Positions 12,409 through 22,705 of a DNA stretch of 64,000 bases are shown one piece after another; the first letter of the stretch is position 1; every line of letters starts with the position of its first letter. The translations under genes were made by a program, and so were the position numbers. Source of the DNA: Chiloscyllium plagiosum (lineage: Eukaryota); assembly GCF_004010195.1 (NCBI RefSeq), contig NC_057718.1, forward strand, positions 66,287,351-66,351,350. Direction: 5' to 3'. The notes beneath the pieces are model-generated. The model saw nothing but the letters and a program-made list of their open reading frames with translations, was not told the origin of the DNA and made no database searches.

Positions 12409-13254
12409 TTCTTATTAGTAGAGGGATAGAGTTTCTGAACTATGAGGTCATGTTGCAACTGTACAAAACTCTGGTGCGGCCGTACTTGGAGTATTGTGTG
12501 CAGTTCTGGTCGCCGCATTATTGGAAGGATGTGGAAGCTTTGGAACTGATTCAGTGGAGATTTCCTGGGATATTGCCTGATATGGAAGGAAGGCCTGATG
12601 AGGAAAGGTTGAAGCACTTGAAGGTGTTTTCATTAGAGAGAAGAAGATTGAGACATATCAGATAATCAGAGAGTTAGATCAGGTGGACAGTGAGATCCTT
12701 TTTCCTCGGATGGTGATGGCTAGCACAAGGGGACATAGCTTCAAATTGAGGGTTGATAGAGGACAAAGGACAGAGGTAGTTTCTTTGCTCAGTAGTAGGG
12801 ATGTGGAACGCACTGCCTGCAATAGTAGTAGACGCGCCAATTTTACGGGTATTTAAATGGTCATTGGATAGGCATACAGACGAGAATGGAATAATATAGG
12901 TTAGATGGGCTTCAGACTGGTTTCATAGGGTTGCGAAACATCGAGGGCCGAAGGACCTGTACTGTGCTGTAATGTTCTGTGTTCTATGTTTTATGTTCAA
13001 ATAAAAGAGGAGATACTCTAGAGTATGTGGCTAATGCCATTGTTGCCTGTAGTGGGTCTGAGGGATAGCAAATACAGAGTAATGGATAGTTTTGTAGGGA
13101 CATTTTTTTGTAAGGATTAAGTGACTGTCGGTAAGCAGGAGCCATTTTCAGTGTCATGCAGTCTTGTGTAACTGTGGTTACTTATTAGCACTGGATTTAC
13201 TTCTAACCCCTTGAAAACTGTTTATAGAGACTAAAAATACTTAATTCCTGAATT

Positions 13255-14985
13255 AGAACATAGAACATAGAAAAGTACAGCACAGAACAGGCCCTTTGGC
13301 CCACGATGTTGTGCTGAGGTTCAATCCTAATGTAAAATATAGTAATTTAAGCATCCCTCAATTCACTGCTATCCATGTGCATGTCTAGCAGTCGCTTAAA
13401 TGTCCCTGATGACTCTGTTTCCACTACCACCGTTGGGAATGCATTCCATGTATTCACAACTCTCTGCATATAGAACCTACCTCTGACGTCTCCTCTATAC
13501 CTTTCCACTAATATCTTAAAACTATGACCCCTCGTACCCGTCGATCCTGCCCTGGGGAAAGGTCTCTGGCTATTGACTCGATCTATTCCTCTCATTATCT
13601 TGTATACTTCGATCAGGTCTCCTCTCTTCCTCCTTCTCTTCGGAGAGAAAAGTCTGAGGTTTTTCAACCTTTCTTCATAAGGCAAGCCTTCCAGTCCAGG
13701 CAGCATCCTGGTAAACCTTCTTTGCACCCTCTCCAAAGCCTCTGTATCTTTCCTATAGTAGGGCGACCAGAACTGGACACACTATTCCAAGTGTGGTCTC
13801 ACCAGGGACTTGTAAGCGTGTAGCAAAACCTCGCAGCTCTTAAACTCGATCCCCCTGTTCGTGAAAGCCAAAACACCGTATGCTTGCTTAATAAACCTAT
13901 TCGCTTGGGTGGCAACTTTGAGGGATATGTACTTGAACACCCAGATCGCTCTGTTCCTCCACACTTTCAAGAATCCTGTCTTTCATCCTATATTTAGCAT
14001 TCCAGTTCGACCTTCCAAAATGTATCACTTTGCATTTATCCAGGTTGAACTCCATCTGCCATTTCTCAGCCCAGCTCTGCATCCTGTCTCTCTTGCGCTG
14101 CAGCCTGCAATAGCCCTTGATACTATCGATGGCACCTCCAACCTTTGTGTCATCTGCAAATTTACTAACCCACCCCTCAACCTCCTCATCCAAGTCATAT
14201 ATAAAAATTACAAAGAGCAGAGGCCAAAGAGCAGAGGCCAAAGAACAGAGCCCTGCGGGACCCTACTCAACATTGACCTCCAGGCAAAACACATCTACAA
14301 CCACTCTCTGCTTTCTGTCAGCCAACCAATTCTGAATCCAGATCGCCAAATCTCCCTGTATCCCATACTTCCTGACTTTATGAATGAGCCTACCATGGGG
14401 AACCTTATCAAATGCCTTGCTGAAGTCCATATACACCACATCCACCTTTGTCGACCTGTCTTGTCACCTCCTCAAAGAACTCAATAAGATTTGTGAGGCA
14501 TGACCTGCTCCTCTCAAAACCATGCTGACTGCCTTTAATCACACTATGCTTTGCCAAATAGTTATAGATCCTATCCCTCAGAATTATTTCCAAACCTTTG
14601 CTGACCACAGACGTAAGACTGGCTGGTCTGTAATTGCCAGGGATTTCCCTATTACCCTTCTTGAAAAGAAGAACAACATTCGCCTCCTTCCAATCCTCTG
14701 GTACAACTCCCATGGAGAGTGAGGAGGCAAAGATCTTCGCCAGCAGTTTACCAACCTCCTTTCTCACTTCCCGGAGCAGCCTAGGATAAATCTGGTCTGG
14801 CCCTGGGGACTTATCATTCTTAATGTTTTCCAAACTTTCCAGCACATCATCTTCATCAATCTTGATCTGGTCAAGCCTGTATCCCAGCTCCTCAAAGTTC
14901 TCATTCACAACAGGGTCCCTTTCCTTTGAAAAAACTAAAGCAAAATATTCATTTAGGGCTTCTCCTATCTGCTCAGACTCCATGC
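13255..14985 (-). mobile_element. CR1/HER1 LINE, 5'-truncated, relatively young
   Basis: Minus ORFs 14408-14983 (KSPGPDQIYPRLL, NYRP.SLTS), 13897-14241 (KFADDTKVGG) and 13347-13736; (tagaaca)n tail at about 13255. Confidence 0.95.
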
Positions 14986-15519
14986 GTAAGTTAATTCATT
15001 CATTCAAGATGTAGTGAACATTTGCATTTTCTATAACTTTCAGTATACCAGACTTTGTTTTGAGAGTGGAAGTAAATGAAAATAATTAAATACCATCACC
15101 CTCTTGCCAATTACAAGAGAGCACAATAAAGCAGGAAAGGAGAACTTCGTTCCTCCTGATCAATCTGCTATTCTTAAACAGCAGGTGTTAATATGCAGTG
15201 TTAAATATAAAGATCTGCATTCAAGATTTTATCCCAATTTTCTAGCTAGACTGAGGAATAAAATATCCAGTTATCTCAGCAGGAAGCAAGGGATTTTAAA
15301 ACAAAGTTAATAAAGCTCTTTGTAGATAAAGCTCTAGATAGTGTTTGTTCTTCAGTCACCCATAGCTGATACAATTTCACACTTAAATCTTTTTATTAAT
15401 TTGCTTATTATCCAGAACTTTTAATTTACTGTTTTCCCAAGTACAAACTTAACTCTGGTGGTTGGCATTTCTTTGCTGAAAAATGCTAAGTGACCCACTT
15501 TCTATTTACATGGGTTGCT

Positions 15520-15620
15520 AACACCAGTGCTTCACCGGAGGCTCACTGATGATGTTACCTAGTATAGTGACAAAGTCTGAAAATAAACTTTCCAGCTCGG
15601 TGAGCAAACTTACATCCAAA
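15520..15620 (+). mobile_element. Short PLE family B pseudo-LTR fragment
   Basis: ctgatgatgttacctagtatagtgac...ttccagctcggtgagcaaacttacatcc matches about 7975-8040 and 12335-12408. Confidence 0.8.
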
Positions 15621-15909
15621 TACCAATGTATTTCAGAAGTAAATGTATTGAAATGCTTGTGCTTTGGTTTTTCACAAATCAATTTGTGAGTCACGATAAA
15701 ATTCTGACCACTGATAGCAGAATATCAGTCTTTGGTTCCATATATGATTGACTTCCCTTTTTTTTGGCACTCTTAAGCAAGCTAATCTCCCCTACCTTTT
15801 GTACCTTAACATGAGAGTGTGATGGAGAGAAAAACTTTGAATTGAGAATTAAAGATATTTATATGTAGTGAGTGTTCAGGACAGTAAATATTCTTGTATC
15901 ATTGTACAG

Positions 15910-16009
15910 ATTTCAAAAGACTATACCATGAAGACATCCTGATAACATCATTATGTATAAAGCCCTACTATAAAAGGGTTCCATCTTTCTTGCCACGTCC
16001 CAGTTTGTA
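15910..16009 (+). CDS. Weak candidate internal exon of an unidentified gene ((D)FKRLYHEDILITSLCIKPYYKRVPSFLPRPSL)
   Basis: Acceptor cattgtacag, donor gtaagc, one open frame in non-repeat DNA. Its phase does not join directly to the 29278 exon. Confidence 0.25.
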
Positions 16010-16457
16010 GTAAGCTTACTAGTTAGTCAGTCATCAGCCAGTCAACCATACAATAAAATTAAATAGTACTTTAAGTATTGGACTTAGCAATGATATCTCA
16101 GGTCTACACATATAGGCTAACACTTACTGTATCCAGGTGAGAAGTGATAGAATTCCCTCACCCTCTAGTTTTGGTTCATCACAACACATTTTTTATTTTA
16201 AATCAATGTTTACTAATTCAATAAGTGCTTAAATGCTGTGACTGCAAAGACACATAGATTTTCTTGCAAGTTTCCTTTTGAAATAGTGTTTGGTCTTTGT
16301 GATTTTCTGTGTCAGTGCATGCTACCAACAACACTAATGAGTTAGATCTCTGGAAGTGTATTAACTATGTTCGCTAATAGATGTCTCATGAGTGTTCATA
16401 GTTTATTAATACACTTCCAGATATGCAATTAAGTTCTGCCTGCCTTTTATTTTTTAA

Positions 16458-16790
16458 AGGGATGAGGGTATTGCTGGCTAGGCAGCATTTATTGTCCATC
16501 CCTAATTGCCCAGAGGGCAGTTAAGAGTCAACCACGTTGCTGTAGGTTGGGAGTCACATGTACGCCAGACCAGGTAACGATGGCAGTTTCCTTCCCTAAG
16601 TGACTTTACTGACCAAATGGGCTTTTCAAACAATCGATTCATGATCCTCATTAGATTTTTAATTTCAGGTATTCATTCAATTCAAATTCTACCATCTGCC
16701 ATGGTGGATTTTGCACCCAGGTCCCCAGAACATTATCTAGGTCTCTGAATTAACAGTCCAGCAATTATACCAGTAGGTTATCAGCTTCCT
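16458..16790 (-). mobile_element. tRNA-headed SINE sharing both ends with the LINE at 17937-21620
   Basis: Tail cagcatttattg.cca....ta.ttgccc matches about 17965-17997. Body matches about 21360-21620. Decayed A/B boxes on the minus strand. Confidence 0.8.
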
Positions 16791-16955
16791 CATTGAATTA
16801 GTAAGCATTTTGATTTTAAAAGAACATTTATTGTGATTAACCAAAATGAGGGGGTGAGGGGATTCTACTACTTCTCACCTGGTTATTAGTAACTGTTAGC
16901 TAAAGCTCTCACTAAATTCATAAAAAAAATTTAGCCCTCCCCTTCCCAATCTAGA

Positions 16956-17283
16956 GATTAGATTAGATTACCTACAGTATGAAAACAGGCCCTTTGGCCC
17001 AACAAGTCCATACTGACCCTCCGAAGAGTAACCCACCCAGACCCATTACCCATATATACCCTTGGCTAATGTACCTAACACTATGGACAATATAACATGG
17101 CCAATTCACCTAACCTGCACATCTTTGGACTGCGGGAGGAAATCAGAGCACCCGAAGGAAATCCACGCAGACACTGGGAGAATATGCAAACTCCACACAG
17201 ACAGTTACCCAAGGCTGGAATCGAACCTAGGACCCTGGGGCTGTGAGGCAGCAGTGCTAACCACTGAGCCACTCTGCTGCCCC
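16956..17283 (-). mobile_element. HE1-type V-SINE
   Basis: tRNA-like head (reverse complement gtggctcagtggttagcactgctgcctcacagc), V-domain tggagtttgca..gggtgctc.g.tttcctccc, (agatt)n tail. Confidence 0.92.
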
Positions 17284-17503
17284 AATTTGCCACTATCATG
17301 AATGATGGTAAAGGCAAATGTATTAAAATACTCACCTTCAAGATCATTGAATTGAAGTGCCACTCTTGAATTTGTTCAGGCCATCAAAATCTTTGTTGCT
17401 ATTTGTTGAAAGTAACAGTAATAGAATTTTGTGCCACTCTGTATAACATTGAAATGCTGCATGTACCTTCTTGAGGAAAGTGGGAAACTTCTTTTGGCCT
17501 GAT

Positions 17504-17731
17504 AAAAGCAAATTATTGCGGATGCTGGAATCTGAAACCAAAAGAATGCTGGAAAATCTCAGCAGGTCCGGCAGCATCTATAAGGAGAGAAAAGAGCTGA
17601 TGTTTCAAGTCTATCTGGCCCTTTGTCAAAGCTTTGACAAAGGGCCAGTTAGACTTGAAACGTCAGCTCTTTTCTCTCCTTGCAGATGCTGCCAGACCTG
17701 CTGAGATTTTCCAGCATTCTCTCTTTTTGGT
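17504..17731. mobile_element. Fold-back PLE pseudo-LTR element (family C) with 15-bp TSD
   Basis: TSD ttcttttggcctgat at 17489-17503 and 17732-17746. Inverted repeat of about 17535-17631 versus 17632-17734, centred on aaagcttt. Confidence 0.88.
17634..17664 (+). ncRNA. Hammerhead-like motif with U3:A8 core variant
   Basis: agcu-UUGACAA-a-gggcc-aguua-gacuu-GAAA-CGUC-agcu. Confidence 0.55.
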
Positions 17732-18254
17732 TTCTTTTGGCCTGATGTTGGGATCACAGTTGTTATCATGTCTGTAGTGTTTTTGTCCTGTTGGCAACTG
17801 ATGGTGAAGAAGAGGTAGCTTGGGCTAGATGAGATGCCAACAGTGACTCTCGGGTAGTTTGGAGCAGAATGGAGTCATTCAGTTTGGCTGAGTTTTATTC
17901 TCATTGGTTTGCGTGCATTGATAAAGTCTGTAATTCACTCGTGAGATGTGGCTGCCTCTCACTGGCCAGCATTTATTGCCCAACTCTAGCTGCCCTTGAG
18001 AAGTGGTGGTGAGCTGCTTTCTTGAATCATTATAGTCCATTTCCTGTAGGTATATGCATAATATCCTTAAGGAAGGAATTCCAGGCTTTTCACGCAGCAA
18101 CAGTGAAGGAATCATGATATACTTCCAAGTCAGGAAGGTTAGTAGCTTAGACGGAAACCTGAGGTTGGTGGTGTTCCTGTGTATCTGTTGCCGTTGTCCT
18201 CCTTGAAGGAAGTGATTGTGTTTGAATGGTGAATTTCTGCAGTGTGTCTTGTAG

Positions 18255-18480
18255 TTACAGCAAACTTCATTTAACCAGGACCTTATTGATAAACTGACAA
18301 AAATTATATACCTTGAATACAGTTATCTACCATGAAGTCTGAGTATTTATGCTGTAAATAAAGTATACCGGTGATGTGTATACCGCCAGCAATATATTTG
18401 TTTACTGTGCTTTTACATTGATTTAAGGGGATATGTTGATTTTGTGCATGCATACTTGATTATCTGGATTTTGTTTTATC
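18255..18480. mobile_element. Possible decayed Tigger/pogo-like MITE inside the LINE
   Basis: AT-rich interruption beginning tacagcaaacttcatttaacc; the right TIR is not clearly seen. Confidence 0.3.
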
Positions 18481-20177
18481 ACCTGGCACACTTCTTCTAG
18501 TCCCATAGGTGTCGGCTAGTAAAAGGTTTGCTGTAGTTCACACTGCTTCTACAAGTGTTAGTGGTGGAGGGAGTGGATGTTTGTGGATGTGCTGCTAACT
18601 GAGCAAGCTGCTTTGTCCTAGATGGTGTTAAGCTTCTTGTGTTGTTGGAACAGCACTCCTCCAGGCAAATGGAGCGTGTTCCATCACAATCCTCACTTGT
18701 GTGTTGTAGATGGTAGAGGCGCTTTGGAGAGTTGGGAGGTGAATTACTTGTCACGGTATTCCTAGCCCCTGACCTGCACTTGTAGTCACTGGAAACTCTG
18801 TGGTGAGCTCAATTGAGTTTCTGGTTATTGGTAACCCTGAGGCTGTTGATAGTTGGGGGTGGTAACACTTTTGAATGCCAACAAGTGGCAGTTAGATTGT
18901 GTCTTATTTGTGTGGTGCAAATGTTACTTGTCAAACCAAGCCTGGATATTGTCAAGATCTTGCCGTGTTTGAACACTGACTGGTTCAGTATCTGAGGAAT
19001 GGTGCTGAACATTGTGCAATCATCAACAAATATCCTTACTTCTGATCTTATGATGGAGGGAAGGTCATTGATGAAGCAGCAGAAGATGATTGGACCGAGA
19101 GCACTACCCTGAAGAATTCCTACAGAGATGTCTTACAGCTGAGACGACTGAACTCCAACAACCATAATCATCATCCTATGTCTAGGTATGATTTCAACCA
19201 GTGAGAGTTTATCCCTGATTTCCATTTTGCTTGAGTTCGTGGATGCCACTGTCTGAATGCAGCCTTGACATCAAGGACTGTCACTCTTGCCTTGCTGCTG
19301 GAATTCAGCTCTTTTGCCCTTAATTTGAACTAAAGCTGTAATGCCAGCAGCTGAATAGTCCTGGCAGAACCCAAACTCAGTGTCATTAAGTAGGTTGTTG
19401 CTAAGGAGGTGCTGCTTGATAATACTGTTGATCACACTTCCCATCAATTTCCAGAAGATCAAGAATAGACTGGGGCAGTAATTGGCTGGGTTGGATTTGT
19501 CCTTTTTATTTTGGCTATAGTTGGGCAATTTTCCACTTTGCATTGATGCCAGTGTTGTAACTGTGCTGGAACAGGTTGGCTAGGGGAGCAGCAAGTTCTG
19601 GAGCACAAGCCTTCAGTACTCTTGACGGAATGTTATCAGGGACCATAGTAATATCCTGTGCCTCCAATCATTTCTTGATATCAAATGATGAGTCAAATTG
19701 GCTGAAGACTGGTATCTGTGATGCTGGGACCATTGGAGGAGGCAGAGATGGGTAATCCATTCAATACTTCTGGCCAAAGTCTGCTATGAAAGCTTCATTC
19801 TTATTTTTTGTAATGATTCACTGGGGCTTTTCCATTGTTTGAGGATGAGGATATTTGTGGATCCGCCTCCTCCAGTGAGTTGTTTAATTGTCCACCACCA
19901 TTTCTGAATGTCTCAGAATTATGGAGCTTAGATCTGATCTCTTGGTTTTGAGCTTGTTTAGCTCTATCACTTGCTGCTTATATTGTTTGGCACACAAGTT
20001 AGTCCTGGTTGGTAGCATCGCAAAGTTGCCACTTCTTCACTTTTAGGTATGTTTAGTGCTGCTCCTGCATGTCGTCCTGCACTCTCCATTGAACCAGGTT
20101 TGATTCCTGGCTTGATGGTAACGGTTGAATAGGGGATATACTGGACCATGAAGTTCCAGATTGTGTTGGAGTGTTTT

Positions 20178-20497
20178 AGATTAGATTAGATTACATTACA
20201 TTACAGTGTGGAAACAGGCCCTTCGGCCCAACAAGTCCACACCGACCCGCCGAAGCGAAACCCACCCATACCCCTACATTTACCCCTTACCTAACACTAC
20301 GGGCAATTTAGCATGGCCAATTCACCTGACCCTGTACATCTTTTGGACTGTGGGAGGAAACCGGAGCACCCGGAGGAAACCCACGCAGACACTGGGAGAA
20401 CGTGCAAACTCCACACAGTCAGTCGCCTGAGGCGGGAATTGAACCCGGGTCTCAGGCGCTGTGAGGCAGCAGTGCTAACCACTGTGCCACCGTGCCG
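20178..20497 (-). mobile_element. Young HE1-type V-SINE
   Basis: Intact A box (tggcacagtgg) and B box (ggttcaattcc) on the minus strand, CpGs retained; near-identical to 50373-50683. Confidence 0.95.
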
Positions 20498-21690
20498 TTC
20501 TTCTGCTGTTGGTGGGCCACAGTGCCTCATGGTGCCCGGTCTTGATTTGCTAGATCTGTTCAAAGTCTGCCCCATTTAGCACGGTAATAGTGCCATACAA
20601 CACGATGGAGGTTACTGTCATTGTGAAGGTGGAACTTCATTTCCATAAGGACCTTTTGGTGGTTGCTCTTACAGGCACTGTCATGTACAGACACCTCTGT
20701 CTAGCAATCAGCGAGCAAATTGATAGGGAGGAGATCAAATATGTCTTTCCCTCTTGATTTCCTCAGCACCTGCCGCAGACCCAGTCTAGCAGCTTTGTCC
20801 TTTAGATCCTTGCGGTTTGATCAGTAATGCTGTTGTTGAGCCAGCCTTGCTGGTGGACGTTGATATTCCCACCCGATGTACATTTTGTGTTCTTACCACC
20901 CTAAGTGCTTCCTCCCAAGTGCTGCTCAATATGGAGCACTAATCCTTCAGCTAAGGGAGTGGTAATCGGCAGGAGGTTTCCTTGTCCTTGTTTAACCTAA
21001 AGCTATCAGACGTAATGTGGTCTAGAATCAATGCTGAGGATTCCCAGGGCAACTCCCTCCTGCCTGTATATCACTGTGCCACCACTTCTGTGGAATTTGT
21101 TCTGCTGATTTACCGTTTGGGACATTGCCTGTAAGGTATGATTCTGAGAGTGCAACTCAGGCTGTGGCTTAACTGGTCTCTGAGACAGTTCTCTCAATTT
21201 TGGCATGACTTAGTTAGGACTTTGCAAGATCAGCAGGGTTGCTTTTGCTGTTGTCATTTCCAACTCCTAGATCAATACCAAATGGTTTGTTTGGTTTCAT
21301 TTCTTGGTTGAGACTTTGTAGCCGTTCATACAACTGAGTGACTTGCTGGGTCATTTTGGAGTGCTGTCGAGAGTCTTGTGGGTCTGGGGTCACATTTGCC
21401 AGACGAGCTGCAGATGGCAGATTGCCTTCCCTGAAGGGTATTAGTGAACCAGGCAGGTTTTTCTTGATTGGCAATGGTGTCGTGCTCATCAGTAGATTCT
21501 TAATTCTGGATATTATTGAATTCAAATCCACCATCGGCCATGGAAAATCCAAACCAGGGTCACCAAACAATAGCTGAGTTTCTCATTTAATATTGAGTGA
21601 TGCCACTTAGCCATCATCTTCTCTTCTGCCCCCACCCACCCTAACCTGAAATTTCTGCATAGCAGTGAATAAATTATAGGAGGCTAAATA

Positions 21691-21852
21691 AAGAGGAACC
21701 TTGATTATCCGAAGGACACGGGCTAGGAGTATTTCATTTGGTTAATTCAATGCTAAATAATAGAGTGCCAGATAACATAGTTAGCCAAGCATTTGGGACC
21801 TTGACAATCTGAAATTCAGTTAATTGAATACCGGATAATAGAGGTTCCTCTG
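21691..21852. mobile_element. Tigger/pogo (Tc1-mariner) MITE
   Basis: TIRs agaggaaccttgattatccg / cggataatagaggttcctctg, flanked by TA at 21689-21690 and 21853-21854. Confidence 0.85.
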
Positions 21853-21869
21853 TATATCAAGAGATGGAA

Positions 21870-22210
21870 AACATATAAAAAAGTAGTACATTAAAAGTGG
21901 GTGACGTTAATAATCATGTAGATCAGGATCATCAAATTAACAGGCAGCCTCTGAGTAATTCATGAATTATATTTGGGGCAGTTTCCTAGACTGATATGTT
22001 GTAGAATTATACAGGTATCAGATAATTTTGGCTATGGTAATGTAACAGGTTTGATAAGTTATCTCCAAAGTTTAAAAAAAAACCTTAAGAAACAGTGATC
22101 TTAACATGGTCAAATCTAGCATTCAGTTTGAGAATCATGGCTCAGGAAAAATAGTGCTTATGCTTAAGGGAAATTCCAAAGTAATGGTTAGAGTTGGCTG
22201 GAGTGGACTG
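21870..22210 (+). mobile_element. Decayed CR1 endonuclease-region fragment
   Basis: gggtgac.ttaa (GDFN-like) and agtgatc.taacatggt (SDHN-like) motifs; similar to about 39830-39960. Confidence 0.6.
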
Positions 22211-22705
22211 AGGTGGAGAGTCTAGTGCTGGAAAAGGAAAGCAGGTCAGGCAGCATCCAAGGAGCAGGAGAATCGATATTTAGGGCATATGCCCTTCATC
22301 AGGAATGAGGCTTGTGGGCTGAGAGATAAGTGGGAGGGGGGTGGGTGGGTTTGGGGGGAGGGTAGCAGCTGGTAAGGGTTTGGTGATGGAGGAGACCTAG
22401 GACCTGCATGTCATTGGCGGAGTAGGTGGGGGCATTGAAAGTATTCGGCGGTGGGGTTGATTGGTGTGGGTGTCTCAGATGTTCTCTGAAACGATCTGCA
22501 AGTTGGCATCCAGTCTTCCTGATGTAGGGGAGACCACATTGTGTGCAATGGATACAGTAGATGATATTGGTGGAGGTACAGGTAAAGTTCTCAGATGTGG
22601 AAGGATCCTTTGGAGCTGTGGACAGAGATGTGGGTGCAGGTTTTGCACGCCCCGTGTGGTGGCAGGGGAAGGTGGCGGGAATGGGATGTCGGCTGGTGGG
22701 GTGCC
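22211..22705 (-). mobile_element. PLE family A 3' end / pseudo-LTR with internal deletions
   Basis: gtgctggaaaag..gcaggtcaggcagcatcc..gcccttcatcaggaat terminal motif; GIY-YIG-like remnant at about 22500-22600. Confidence 0.8.

Larger units (their letters stand above)
10340..13000 (+). mobile_element. CR1 LINE 3' portion carrying two PLE insertions
   Basis: VDMVYMDFSKVFAKVPHGRL (10819-11013), LYKTLVRPYLEYCVQFWSP (12450-12665), ttctatg tail near 12990. Confidence 0.9.
17937..21620 (-). mobile_element. Near full-length, decayed CR1/L2-group LINE with a single APE-RT ORF and tRNA-like head
   Basis: APE start PKLRELS..VK.QP (ORF 21006-21206); RT DKSNPANY.P..INS.IKQHLLSNNLL...FGF.Q (19271-19543); tail at about 17940; interrupted by an HE1 SINE and a MITE. 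Confidence 0.8.

Noticed and set aside
14211..14250. Short tandem duplication caaagagcagaggc in CR1 (similar ones at about 54311, 62300 and 63610)
   Set aside because: Ordinary slippage duplications.
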